64,000 bases of DNA from Chiloscyllium plagiosum (Eukaryota). The stretch spans positions 44,678,143 through 44,742,142 of the forward strand of contig NC_057718.1 in assembly GCF_004010195.1 (NCBI RefSeq), written 5' to 3'. This document shows positions 26,370 to 39,276 of this stretch, piece after piece (position 1 is the first letter of the stretch; each line of letters begins with the position of its first letter). A program made the position numbers and the translations under genes. The notes under the pieces are model-generated. The model did no database searches. It had not been told where the DNA came from and saw nothing but the letters and a program-made list of their open reading frames with translations.

Positions 26370-27200
26370 ACAACCATGGCATTTTGGCATTTATTGCTAA
26401 AGGAATATAGGGAACTGTTGCTGCAATTATACAGGAGTGTGACCACACCTGAAATATTGCATACAATGTTGATCTCCTTACTTGAGGAAGGATGTAGTTG
26501 CATTGGAGGCAGTTCAGAGGGTGTTCACTAGATTGATTCCAGAGATGAGGGGTTTGTCTTTCAAAGAGAAATGGAGCAGTTTATATCTATGCTTAGAAGT
26601 TGAGAAGAACAAATGGAAATTTAATTGAAGTAAATAAAGTGCTATAGGGGATTGACAAAGTAGATGGAGAGACGATGTTTCCTCTTATAGGGCAATGTAA
26701 AATGAGAGGTCATAGTCTTAAGAGAAGTGATAGCAGACTTAAAGCAGAGATGAGGCAAAATTACTTCTCTCAAATGGCCATGAATGTGTGGAATTCACTA
26801 CCCTAGAGTGTGGTGGATGCTCGGACATTTAGTAAATTTAAGGAAGAGATTGACAGATTTTTTGATTAGCAGTGGATTGAAGGCTTATTGGAGAAAGGGT
26901 TGGTTAGCTTGGATGGCTGGTTTGCGATGCAGAGTGATGCCAACAGCATAGGCTCAATTCCACATTGACTGAGGTTACTATAAAGGTCTGACCTCCTTAA
27001 CTCCTACCCTCACTAGACGCCTGTTGACCCTCAAGTTAAACAACCACCAATCATTACTCTCTAATGAGACAGTAGCCCCATGGTCAGGTATGTCTGCAAC
27101 AACTTTACGGAGGGCAGGAAGGAAAATGAAGTTGAGGCCAAACTGAGACCGTATTGAATGGCAGAGGGGCTGAAAGGCCTACTCCTGCCCCTAGTTCTTA
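26370..27200 (+). mobile_element. CR1 3' fragment with a tRNA-headed SINE-like insertion (~26897-27108)
   Basis: LEAVQRVFTRLIPEM motif and CR1 tail, interrupted by a segment with box A/B-like motifs (ggttagcttgg; ggctcaattcc). Confidence 0.7.
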
Positions 27201-27600
27201 CAAGGAGGTTGGGAGTGGGAGTGCTAGAGGAGGGTATTAGTAAGTACCTGCAGTTGTTGCTGTCCTAAGTCGTCTTCTGAAATTTCAATGACAGTTTCAT
27301 GAATTTAAATTGCACCGCCCCTTCAAGAGATACAGGATGTTTTTAAATAGTGTCAGCTAATTGATGTTCCTCATAGATATTTTCTAATCAACCTGTTCCA
27401 AGATGTTATTATACACTGCCAGTGCAGTGGGACCAGAAGCCAGACCTGGTAGTTCAGAGATAGGGACACTATCACTATGCTTCAAAATCCTTCTTGATGT
27501 TTCTGATAAATCAAGTCATCGATGGAGAGCACAAGAAACGCAGAGCACCTATTTTGTTCAAATTAAATGAAAAGCAAAACTGTGTGGCCTTCTTTGTAGC

Positions 27601-27916
27601 CATGAATCATTGAATCATGGAATCCCTAAAATGTGAAAGCAGGCCTCCACACCCCTTCCCCAAAAGAGAATCCCACCCAGACCCAGCTCCCCCACCTCCC
27701 CCCCACCCCACCCCTGACCCTATCCCCATGACACTGCATTTTTGCATGGCTAACCAACCTAACCTGCACATTCCTGGACACTACGGGCAATTTAGCCTGA
27801 TCCATTCACCTGACCTGCACCTCTTTGGACTGTGGGAGTAAACCGAGCACCCAGAAGAAACCCACGCAGACACAAGGAGAATGTGCAAACTCCACACAGA
27901 CAGTTGCCGGAGACTG
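27601..27916 (-). mobile_element. HE1-like V-SINE, 5'-truncated
   Basis: V-domain plus tail. Confidence 0.82.
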
Positions 27917-29582
27917 AGTGAAGCTCAAAGAAGTGATCCAAATAAAGGAAGGGCAAAATAGTATTTAACATTAACATTTGAAGCCCACGGAAATACTACA
28001 CAGTTGGCAACATTAATTAAAACCATTAACAAGAGGATTAAAATAATAGAACAGAATTATAGATGAGAAATGCACAAAAACTGAGGTGGCAAATGATATT
28101 ATAACCAGAATTAATGGGCATATATTTTTCCCAGTTACTTAATTTCTATAGCTCAATTATTTCAGTGGTTGCAGCACTACAAGGTCTAATGTTTTTTAAC
28201 AACCAGAAAGCACTATGTTTAATAGGATGCTGCACTTCAACTTAGGCTTTAATTTATTTGGAAAGATGATGGGCAGTGGTCTCAAAATATTTCCCACTCT
28301 CTCAATCCTTTTTCTATGTACAAGCTTAAAGCCCTTTTCTTAACTTTAACAGGATAATATCAGCAGGTCCATCATCTGTTTTTTTTTTGTTTTATGTTAC
28401 CTGAGAGACACCGTTCATGTAATGCCCATAAACCTGTTATAAAAGCTTTTGCATGATACCCATATAGTAGGAGACACATATCAGTCATGCATACTGACTA
28501 CTTATTAGGAGCAGGCTGTAGCATTGTTGGAAAACCACATTATTCAATCCTTGTATATATATTTTTACTTTCAAATTAGACATCAAATTGTGCATTGATT
28601 GTCAGAGTCTGTGGGTTGCTGAGGTGCAGGAGGATCAGATTAAATCTCTTTGGACATTCATGAACTGCTAACATCCAGCAGACTGGCTGTCACACTGTTG
28701 AGTGGATAAACAGATCCAGGGCTCAGTAAAACAGTGATGGGTGCAGTAGACATCTGTGGGGTTACAAATTGCTGGCCAGCAGCACATGCTAGGAATGTAG
28801 CCTTTCCCTTCAGAGAAATACGCAACTGATACAGAATTACATAAAAATTGCATGAATGTCACATTGTTACCTGACATTCTTAACAAAGTGCTCTCCTAAA
28901 AGATGTTAATAGTCTGATTAAAGTAAATGGTGATGGCATTCCAGGATTTTCTGTTGTTGTTTGTGATGGAGCCCTGAGTAATTTTACCCAGAATGTTTGT
29001 GGCTGGTTGAAATTAGCAGGTGACTTAAATTATTTTGTGCCACAGGAACATTTAACAGGTGATGTTTCATGTGCAGACTGACCACAAGTCTTCATAGAGG
29101 GCATGGAAAATTTCTTCATGCAGAGCTCTTCAGAGTACTCTTTATATAATCTAAATATCATGAAAACTCTTTAACATCTTCATTTCACTTTTTTAAAAAA
29201 ATCTCAGTTACACCAACTCTCATCTACAACTAAGTAATAACAATAGTCATTGAAAAAGTTAACAAACCATAGCTGAAGATAGTGAATAACAAAGAGTATA
29301 TTAATCATGATATGCAAATTTAATGTCTTATTTGTACTTGCATTAGAAGTGTCTTTGCTCTCTTCCAATATATTATAATAATTAAGCAATGCTGAAAAAG
29401 ACACATTTTGGCAAAATTTCTCATGCTGCATTCATCAGGACAATTTATGGGAGTTACAATAAAGGGAAAGCAACATTTGTATTGTATGAGAGGAGAGTGC
29501 TGATTGGCAAGAGAACTCTGTTTGCTAGTGGTTTAGCCGTGGGAAGTGCACCAGTTAATTATGACTGACAGCTAACTGCATG

Positions 29583-31796
29583 TGGGCTGGATAGGAATCA
29601 ATGTCCAAGGGGAGTGTTTGCTAGTGCTATTGGGGAGGGTGTCAACTAATATGGTGGGGGTTGGGATCCAATGCAGGAAGTCAGAGGGAAGGAAAGTGAT
29701 AACCAAAACAAAGGGCAGTAAGGGGAAAAGTGAAATTGGAAGGCAGAGAGCCCAAAGATAAAAATTAAAAAGGGCCTGGTTACACCATGATTCTAAAATG
29801 GCAATAAATATTTTTTAAAAAGCCTGAAGGCGCTGTGTCTCAATGCAAGGAGCACTCATAATAAGGTGGATGGATTAACTGCACAGACAGTTATAAATGG
29901 ATATTATGTAATTGGAATCATGGAGACCTGGCTCCAAGTTGACCAAGGATGGGAACTCAACATACAGCATTATTCAATTTTCAGAAAAGATAAACAGAAA
30001 GGAAAGGGAGGTTGGGTAACATTGTTGGTTAAGGGAGGATAGTGGCCTGGATGATGTGGAATCTGTTAAGGGTGGAGCTGTGGAACACCAAAAAGAAAAA
30101 TACGTTCATGGGAGTTGTGTACAGCTCACCAAACAGTAGTAGTGAGTTTGGGGATTTTGTTAAACAGGAAATTAGAGATGCAAATAGCAAGGGTAAGCAG
30201 CTATTATGGGTGACTTCAGTCTACATATAGATTGGACTAACCAAACTGGCAGCGATGCAACAGATGAGAATTTCCTGGAATGTATGAGGGATGGTTTCTT
30301 TGACCAATATGTCGAGGAACCAACTAAAGAGCAAGCCATCCTAGACTGGCTATTGTGTAATGACAGAGGATTAACTAGCAACATTGTGGTATGAGATTCT
30401 TTGGGGAAGAGTGACCATAATATGATAAAATTCTTTGTTAAGATGGAGAGTGATAGAGTAAAATCTGAGACTAGGGTCCTGAACTTAAGGAGAGTTAACT
30501 TTGATGGTATGAGGCATGTACTGACGAGGATAAGCTAGTCAAGGATACTGAAGGGGTTGATGGTGGATACACAATGCCAGACATTTAAAGAATACATAGA
30601 TGAACTTCAACAATTCCCTATCTGACCTAAGAGTAAAAAAACGGAAGGGAGCTCGACTGTGGCTGACAAGGGAAATCAGAGATAGTGTTAAAGCCAAAGA
30701 GGAGGCATATAAATTGGCCAGAAAAAGCAGCAAACCTGAAGACTGTGAGAAATTTAAAATTCAGCAGAGGAGGACAAAAGGTTTAATTAGGAAGGGAAAA
30801 TAGAATATGAAAGTAAGCTTGTGGAAAACACAAAAACTGACTGCAAAAGCTTCTATAGTTATGTGAAGAGATAAAGAATGGTGAAGACAAATGTAGGTCT
30901 TTTGTGGTTAGAATCAGGTGGATTCTTAATGGACAATGGAGAGATGGCAGAGAAGTTGACCAAATACTTTGATTCTGTCTTCACTAAGGCAGGCACAAAT
31001 AACTTTCTGGAAATGCTAGGGGACAGAGAGTCAAGCATGAAGGAGGATCTGAAGGAAACCCTTATTAGTCAGAAATGGTCTTAGGGAAATCAATGGGATG
31101 ATGCTTTGTATCTTAGAGCACTTTTCAGCAAGTGGCCCTAGAAACAGCATGGTGATCATTTTCCAGCATTCTGTAGACTGTGGCAGAGTTTCAATGGACT
31201 GGACTGAAAAAGGAGGAAGAGAGAAAATGGGGAATTATTGGCTGGTTAGCCTGACATCAGCGGTGGGAAAAACATTGGGGTCAATTATTAAGGATGTAAT
31301 AACTAAGCATTTGGAAAGCAGTGACAGAATCAGTCCAAATCAGCATGGATTCAGGAAAGGGAAATCTTGCTTGACAAATATTTTCTGAGAATGTGACCAG
31401 TTGAGCAGACAAGGGTGAATCAGTAGATGTTGTGTAACTGGACTTGCAAAATGTTTTTAACAAGGTTCCACACAAGAGATTGTAAGGAAACTTAAAGCTC
31501 GTGGTTTCCAAGGTAATGTATTGACATGGATAGGGTTCAGCGCTGGGACCCCAGCTGTTCACAATATGCATTAACAATTTGGACAAAGAAATTGAATGTA
31601 ATATCTCCAAATTTGCAGATGACACTAAACTGGGTGGCAGAATGTGTTTTGAGTTGGATGCTAAGAGGCTGCATGTTGACTTGGACACACTGGCAGAGTG
31701 GGCAAATATTTGGAAATTGCAAAATAATGTGAATAAATGTGAGGATATCCACTTTGGTCACAAAACAGGAAGGGCAGGGTATTATCTGAATGGTGA
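29583..31796 (+). mobile_element. Long CR1 LINE, 5' part (end of ORF1, APE endonuclease, RT); split by the gypsy element
   Basis: CLNARS, ETW, GDF..IDW, QYVEEPT..AILD, QHGFRKGKSCLTN and SKFADDTKLG motifs. Confidence 0.9.
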
Positions 31797-32417
31797 TGTC
31801 ACAAAGCTGGTCCCTTTTTTCTAAAAGCTGTTCCTTTCTCAAGTATACTGTGTCTGGATTTTTTCAGAGGGGTTGTAAACAGGCCGGGCTCCAATTAGAG
31901 TAGTTTCATACAGAGATGATTTGGATTTTGAGAGGCCTTTTGTTTATATGTAAACAGACAAGACTTTAGGCCAAAGTGATCATGCTTTATAAGTGACCTG
32001 TATAATGAAAGGGGATTGGTCAGCTCTTTAGTGACTAGTTGGGAGTTCAACAGGAAGCTGTGTGGAAACAGGCTCTTTCTCTCTCATTTTGCCCTTCTAA
32101 CTTCAACCTGTAAGCATCTATGCCCTCTGTACTGTCTTTTAAAGGGGGTTTGCTTAGTGGGACTGTTCTGTATATTCGGAATGGCATAATAAAGTCTAGC
32201 TTGGATAGACTGAGTTCCGTAGGGATTCTTTATTCTGTTCTTTGTGTTTCATTGTGTAATTTTGTGAATAAATTTTTGTCTGTTTTAAAATCTGGTAGTC
32301 AACCTTGCTAACTTACTCCAGATATTTTCATTGTACACTTAGCGAAACAAATTGCAAAGTTATGGTCTGGGCTACCTGCTTAAGAATGTTTTGAGTGGTC
32401 TGACCTAGTCCATAAGA
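31797..32417 (+). repeat. 5' LTR (621 bp)
   Basis: Runs TGTCACAAAGC...GTCCATAAGA and aligns end to end with 39277-39916. Terminal CA is mutated to GA and a ~19-bp segment present in the 3' LTR is missing. Confidence 0.93.
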
Positions 32418-32420
32418 GGT

Positions 32421-32439
32421 TGGGGGCTCTTTGCAGGAT
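32421..32439 (+). promoter_or_regulatory. Primer-binding site, tRNA-Pro type (degenerate)
   Basis: TGGGGGCTCTTTGCAGGAT begins 3 nt after the 5' LTR and resembles the canonical tRNA-Pro PBS TGGGGGCTCGTCCGGGAT. Confidence 0.75.
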
Positions 32440-32559
32440 TTTAAACAGCGAGTGGTAGGTGCTAGTGTCTTTATTTCAGGTGTTTGTTTGGTTGGATAGA
32501 CAAAGCTTGGGATAGTAATGGCTGTTGTGGTTCTGTTCGCCGAGCTGGGAATTTGTGTT

Positions 32560-32599
32560 GCAGACATTTCATCCCCTGTCTAGGTGACATCCTCAGTGC
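32560..32599 (-). ncRNA. Mirror-arm hammerhead motif (CpG-decayed)
   Basis: Reverse complement reads gcaCTGAGGAtgtcacctagacaggggatGAAAtgtctgc. Confidence 0.6.
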
Positions 32600-33415
32600 T
32601 TGGGAGCCTCCTGTGAAGTGCTTCTGTGATGTTCCCTCCGGCATTTATAGTGATTTGTCTCTGCCACTTCCAGTTGTCAGTTCCAGCTGTCTGCTGCAGT
32701 GGTCGGTATATTGGGTCCAGGTCATTGTGTTTGTTGATAGAATCTGTGGATGAGTGTCATGCCTCTAGGAATTCCCTGGCTGTTCTCTGTTTGGCTTGCC
32801 CTATAATAGTAGTGTTGTCCCAGTCGAACTCATGTTGCTTGTCATCCGCGTGTGGATAGCTGGTCGTGTCGTTTCGCGGCTAGTTGGTGTTCATGGATGC
32901 GGATCGTTAGCTGTCTTCCTGTTTGTCCTATATAGTGTTTTGAGTGTTTTGAGCAGTTCTTGCATGGGATTTTGTACACTACGATGGTTTTGCTCATGCT
33001 GGGTATTGGGTCCTTCGTCCTGGTGAGTTGTTGTCTAAGAGTGGCTGTTGGTTTGTGTGCTGTTATGAGTCCTAGTGGTCGTAGTAGTCTGGCTGTCAGT
33101 TCAGGAATGTTCTTGATGTATGGTAACGTGGCTTCACCTCTACAATGTATTCGCCAAAAACGGATACCCCTGCAATTTCATCAACAGATGCCTAAGGGAA
33201 AGACAACAGAATGAGGACGTGCCACAACCCAAAAGACTAGCCATGTTACCATACATCAAGAGCATTTCTGAACTGACAGCCAGACTACTACGACCACTAG
33301 GACTCATAACAGCACACAAACCAACAGCCACTCTCAGACAACAACTCACAAGGACAAAGGACCCGATACACAGCATGAGCAAAACCAACGTAGTGTACAA
33401 AATCCCATGCAAGGA

Positions 33416-33541
33416 NNNNNNNNNNNNNNNNNNNNNNNNNNNNNNNNNNNNNNNNNNNNNNNNNNNNNNNNNNNNNNNNNNNNNNNNNNNNNNNNNNNNN
33501 NNNNNNNNNNNNNNNNNNNNNNNNNNNNNNNNNNNNNNNNN
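33416..33541. other. Assembly gap (126 N)
   Basis: Run of n characters. Confidence 1.
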
Positions 33542-33578
33542 GAAAACATCACAGAAGTGCTTCATAGGAGGTTCCCAA

Positions 33579-33618
33579 GCACTGAGGATGTCACCTCGAC
33601 AGGGAACGAAACGTCTGC
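33579..33618 (+). ncRNA. Minimal type I hammerhead ribozyme motif in the Penelope pLTR
   Basis: GCA-CTGAGGA-tgtcacctcgacagggaac-GAAAC-GTC-TGC: core CUGANGA/GAAA, GUC triplet and a GCA/TGC stem I. Confidence 0.75.
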
Positions 33619-33699
33619 AACACAAATTCCCAGCTCGGCGAACAGAACCACAACAACGAGCACCCGAGCTACAAATCTTCTCACAAACTTTGAATAGTA

Positions 33700-35680
33700 A
33701 TGGCTCTTTCAGTCGCCAAAAGTTTTTTGGAAGTGGATGTGGTCACTTTGGAAGTTTTGCAAAAGGTGGATAAGACTACGCTGGGGGAATTAGCAGAGAA
33801 GCTGGAATTGAAACTGCCTGCTACTGTGAGGAAAGGAGAGATAATTACAGCAATAGCTCAGCATTTAAACTTGCTGGAGAAACCATCAAAATCTGTAGAG
33901 ATGGCAAAAATTCTATTGCAAATGAAATAGCTTGAGCTGCAGAATTGGGCTGAGAGATGGCAAATGGAGTTCAATACAGCTAAATGTGATGTGATGCACT
34001 TTGGGAAGAATAACAGGAAGGCAGAGTACTTGGTCAATGGAAATTCTTGGGTAGTGTGGATATGCAGAGACATCTTGGAGTCCATGTACATAGATCCCTG
34101 AAAGTTGCCATCCATGTGTATAGTGCTGTTAAGAAGGCATACGGTGTGTTAGGTTTCATTCGTGAGGGATTGAGTTCCAGAGCCGTAATATCATGCTGCA
34201 ACTATCATGCGGCCACACGTAGAATGTTGTGTACAGTTCTGGTCCCCATATTTCAGAAAGGATGTGGAAGCATTGGAAAAGGTGCAGAGGAGATTTACCA
34301 CGATGTTGCCTAGTCTGGAGGGAAGGTCTTATGAGGAAAGGCTGAGAGACTTGAACCTGTTCTCATTGGCAAGAAGAAGACTAAGGGGGGATTTGATAGA
34401 GACATGCAAGATAATCAGAGGATTAGATAGGATAGACAGTGAAAGTCTTTTTCCTAGGATGGTGACATCAGCATGTATGAGGGGGCATAATTACAAATTG
34501 AGGGGTGATCGATTTAAGACAGATGTCAGAGGCAGGTTCTTTACGCAGAGAGTGGTAAGGGCTTGGAATGCACTACCTGCTAATGTAGTCAACTTGGCCA
34601 CATTCGGGAGATATTAAACAATCCTTAGATAAGCACATGGATGATTTTGGGATAGTGTAGGGGGAACGAGCTCAGAATAGTTCAGAGGTCAGCGCAACAT
34701 CGATGGCCGAAGGGCCTGTTCTGCGCTGTATTGTTCTATATTCAATGTTCTATAAGGAAAGGGCAGCAGAAATGAAACAGTTTGAGTTACAGTTAAAAAC
34801 AAAAGAGAAAGAGAAAGAACGAAGAGCTTTAGCAGAAGAGAAAGAAAATGAGAGAACATTTGAACTTCAAAAACTGACACTTAAAAGGATGGAGATGAAG
34901 GCTGAAGGTAAGTCTAGTGAGGAAGAGAATGGGGATGAGCAAACCCATGGTGGGCGAAAGCCTGATGAGAAACTGTTTAAGTATGTTCAAACAATACCTA
35001 AATTTGATGAGAAGGATATGGAAGCCTTCTTCATCTCATTTGAAAAAGTGGCTAAATAGATGCAGTGGCCAGTGGCAATGTGGGTTTTGTTGATCCAAAC
35101 AAAAATTGTAGGTAGAGCTATTGAGGTATTCGCATTACTATCAGAGGAGGTTTCTGGGAAGTATGAGGGGGTGAAAAAAGACATTTTAAGTGCATATGAG
35201 CTTGTACCAGAAGCCTATAGGCTATGTTTCAGGAACCTAAGGAGGGACCTTGGTCAAACTTATATAGAGTTTGAAAGGATCAAACAGAGTAATTTCGATA
35301 GATGGGTAAGAGCTTTAAGAATCAAGCAAACCTATGGTGTCCTTAGCGAAGTAATTATTTTGGAGGAATTCAAATATTCACTGCCTGAAGTAGAATGAAC
35401 TATGTGGAAGAGCAGAGAGCTAAAACAGCAAGGTTAGCAGCTGAAGTGGCTGGTGATTATGAGCTGCTCCATAAAACATGGTTTGGCTTCCAGATTCAGT
35501 TTCAGCCCATGAGGGATAGAAATTGGGACAAAGAGAAATCCTCATGTGGAAAGGGCAAGGTAGATCTCAGTGAAGATCGTAAGGACAATTTACCACAGGG
35601 TAAAAAAGAAACCCTTGTAGGGGACAAAGAAGTGTTTTCGTTGTAATAAAGGGGGCCACATAAAATTACAGTGTTAGTGG
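33700..35680 (+). pseudogene. gag of the Gmr1-like element, interrupted by a CR1; SCAN-like capsid region and CCHC knuckle
   Basis: Fragments MALSVAKSFLE..., IPKFDEKDMEAFFISFEKVA and YGVLSEVIILEEFKYSLP (SCAN-like). CFRCNKGGHIKLQC at 35633-35674. Confidence 0.85.
33935..34753 (+). mobile_element. 5'-truncated CR1 LINE inserted in gypsy gag
   Basis: RPHVECCVQFWSP...LEKVQRRFT...RRLRGDLIE...FFTQRVVRAWNALP, followed by a (TGTTCTA)-like tail. Gag resumes at AAGGAAAGGGCAGCA. Confidence 0.92.
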
Positions 35681-36479
35681 GCTAGGAGAAAGCAAGATTT
35701 AGGAAAACCAGACAAGTTTTATTGGGCTAGTAACAAAAAGCACAAGAGAAGTCAGAAACTGCCTCAGAGTGTACAAGATAATCAGAGGTTGATTAAGAAG
35801 GAAGTGTCCAATCTGCTTAAAAAATATACATGCAAGGGTAAAATGTATTTACATAGGCCAAGAGCAGTAGGCAAAGAGGTTACAATATTAAGGAACAGGG
35901 TCCTCTCAGTCTGTAATGCTGAAGAATGAGGAGATACGTACGCCTGAGTGACTATTGCCAGAAAGGTATTGGTAACAAGAATTCATGGTGAGACAAAAAG
36001 CGCTCAGTTATGTAAAGTGAGGCTACAGAGTCCAGAGAAAAGTGGAGAATTTGTGGTAGGAGTACTGGACAAGCTGTCAACTCCAGAAATAGAATTTGTC
36101 CTCGCAAATGATATAGCATGCTGCCTATTTTGGTTGAAAAACCAGTGGAGGTGCAGGCAACTGAACAAATGAAGAATATTTATCCAGAAATTTTCCCAGA
36201 TTGTGTGATCACAAGATCACTGAGGCACAAGTTGAAGCAGGAGAGATCAAAAGGCACAGGTAAGGAAGCTGACATAGCTTTATCAGAAACTCTCTTCAAT
36301 CAGATAAGTGGGATAGAGCAGGAGCAACTTGGTAAACATGCAACTATTTTCAGCTCTGCTAAGCTGATTGAGTTACAACAGAAAGATGAGAACTTAAAAC
36401 AGTTGATTCAAAAGGCATATACAGAGAAGGAAAGCGAATTTATCCCTGTGTATTATTATTTAACAAATAATGTCTTAAT

Positions 36480-37600
36480 GAGGAAATGGAAACCATCACA
36501 CATTCAAGCAGATGAGAAATGGGCAAGGATTCATCAAATTATTTTGCCAGTAGGGTACAGAAAGGAGGTGCTGCAGGTGGTGCATGAACTACCACTTGGA
36601 GGTCATTTATGGTGAGGAAAACACAAGCTAAAATACAAAGACATTTTTTACTGGCCTGGACTGCACAAAGATGCAGTTGAATTTTGCCAGATGTGTCATA
36701 CATGTCAGCTAATTGGAAAGCCACAGGTAGTAATACAACCTGCACCTTCAATACCTATTCTAGCACTTGAGCAACTGTTCACAAGAGTATTAATTGATTG
36801 CATAGGTCCCCTACCTCAAGCAAAAAGTGGGAATAAGTATTCATTAACAATAATGGATGTGTCAACTAGATTTCCAGAGGCAATCCCATTATGCAACATC
36901 ACAGCAAAAAAGGGTTGTAGAAGAATTACTTAAAATGCTTAAGAGGTACAGACTACCAATAGAGATCCAGTCAGGTCAAGGATCAAACTTCACATCCAAA
37001 CTATTCAAGGAGGTTATGGATACCTTGGGAATAAAGCAATTCAAATCTACTGCGCACCATCCAGAATTGCAGGGAGCACTAGGGAGATGGCCTCAAACAC
37101 CAAAGACCATGTTAAGGGCTTATGGTCAGGATTATCCAGATGACTGGGATAAGGGAGTTCCATTTGTATTTTCTGCGATCAGAGATGTACTGAATGAATC
37201 TACCAAATTCAGTCCCTTTGAATTAATTTTTGGGCATGAAGCAAGAGGAGTGTTAAAATTGATTAAGGAGAAATTAATAAGTCAGAATTCAGAGACCACT
37301 CATTTGGACTATGTGTCAAATTTTAGAGAACAATTAATTAGACCTGGAGAGTTGGCTCGACAGCATTTGAAAGTATCACAGCATACAATGAAACAGGAAG
37401 CAGATAAGAAATTACAAGTTTGCAATTGGGGATAAGGTATTGGTGTTACTTCCAGTGACATGCGAGTCTTTAAAAGCAAGGTTTAGCGGACCTTATGAAA
37501 TCGCAAGGAAATTGAGTGAACTACTTGATAAGGACTCCAGACATGAAGAAATCTCACAGAGTGTGTCATGTGAATATGCTCAAAACGTACTTTGATAGGG
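36480..37600 (+). pseudogene. Integrase of the Gmr1-like element, located upstream of RT
   Basis: HELPLGGH...CHTC zinc finger, IDCIGPLP, SGQGSNFTS (D mutated), FSPFELIFG, and a C-terminal CHVNMLK region. Frameshifted. Confidence 0.9.
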
Positions 37601-37799
37601 AAGGAAAGCAAAAGGAGAAGGTGTTAACGATTACAGCACAGAAGGAAGAACCAAGTTCAGAGGATTCTGAATTGGACATTCCTCAAATCAAATTGGATAA
37701 TGAGGAAGTTGTCAAAAATTGGGATAATTTATCGAGTTATCTTCCACAAGAAACTCAAAATGCCCTGAAAGAGTTATTACTATCACATGAGGAGATATG

Positions 37800-39080
37800 T
37801 GGAAATAAACTGGGAAGTGCTAACCTAATTGTGCATGATGCAGATATAGGAGATGCTGTTCCGATTAAGCAACTTTCTTATAGGCATAACCCTCTAAAGT
37901 TGGCACAAGTTCAGAAGGAGAGAGAACACAGGCTCCAAGGTGGCATAATTGAAGTGAGTTACAGTGACTGAAGCTCACTCACACTCATGGTGCCAAAGCC
38001 AGGTGGTACCCAACAGTTATATGTGGACAATCGCAAAGTCAATGTCATTACAAAGACTGATGTATATCCAATTCCATGGCTGGAGGCCTGTGTCAAAAAA
38101 GTGGGACAAGCAACTTACATTTCCAAGTTTTACTTGCTCAAAGGCGACTGGCAGGTACCTCTATCCGAGAAAGCAAAGGCAATATCGGCTTTTGTAATGC
38201 CAGATGGACTATATCAGTTCAAAGTCATGCTATTTGGAATGAAAAATGCTCCAGCCACATTTCAGAGACTATCTAATAAGGTCATTGCCAGATTACCCAA
38301 CTGTGTGGTGTATATTGATAACCTGGTGATTTTTAGTCACTCATGAAAGGTACATTTACACATTCATTGGACTTGTTCAATCGACTTTGGAAGGCAGGCT
38401 TGGGTGGTAAACCTAGCTAAAAGTGAATTTGCCAAAGCGAAGTCACCTTCCTGGGCCATGTTATTGGGCAAGGACAAATGGCACCACGGGATGTGAAAAT
38501 GAAAGTAATTGGGGAATTTCCCACACCGTCAATGAAAAAAGCAGTGCTACAGTTCTCGGGATTGAGTGGATTTTACTGAATGTCTGTGCTAACAGTATGG
38601 CTCTCCACTTAGCGAATTGTTAAAAAAGGGCAAGAAGTTTCAGTGGATAGCGAACTGTCAAAAAGCATTTGACAGCCTAAAAACTGTGTTAATCACTGCT
38701 CCAGTATTAGCCACACCAGATTACACGAAGCCTTTCAAGGTGGCTATTGATGCCAGTGATGTGGGTGTCAGTGTGGTGCTCCTGCAGGAGGATGGCGAGG
38801 GAATAGAAAGACCCATCGGGTATTTTTCCAGGAAGTTGAACATTCATCAAGAGAAATATTCAACGGTGGAGAAAGAGACTTTGAGCTTGGTGTTGGCATT
38901 ACAACATTCCAGCAATGCATCTGAGACAATCGTATACACTGATCAGAAGCCATTGACATTTGTGGAAAGATTTAAAGACAAAATACCAGACTGTTTAGTT
39001 GGAGCTTGTTGTTGCATCCATTCAATTTGACAATTGGCATGTGCAGATTGCGAAAACATGATTGCCAATGCATTATTAAG
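37800..39080 (+). pseudogene. Reverse transcriptase and RNase H of the Gmr1-like element
   Basis: VPKPGG..YVDNRKVNVITKTDVYPIP, MLFGMKNAPATFQR and YIDN (from YIDD). RNase H motifs IDASDVGVSVVLLQ, YSTVEKETL and YTDQKPL. Confidence 0.92.
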
Positions 39081-39276
39081 GCTCAAATGAGAAATGGAGG
39101 TGTTCAGTGGTGGGTGTACCACAGTCTGAATTTGCATGTGGTTGTGCATGTTTGCATGTGTATAGTTAGTATAGTGTATATGTGTGTTCTGACTGCTAAC
39201 TGGGTTTTTGAAGGGTTTTAAAAATGAAGCCATCTTTTGATACTGGGGGGTGGTTCTTTTTTTTAAAGGAGGATGG

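Larger units (their letters stand above)
32524..33693. mobile_element. Penelope-like element (3' part) arranged as an inverted repeat, with a 12-bp TSD
   Basis: The + arm encodes KNGYP..LPYIKSISE..NVVYKIPCK (RT C-terminus to start of GIY-YIG). 32524-33133 is the reverse complement of ~33239-33656. ATAGTAATGGCT occurs at 32512-32523 and 33694-33705. Confidence 0.9.
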
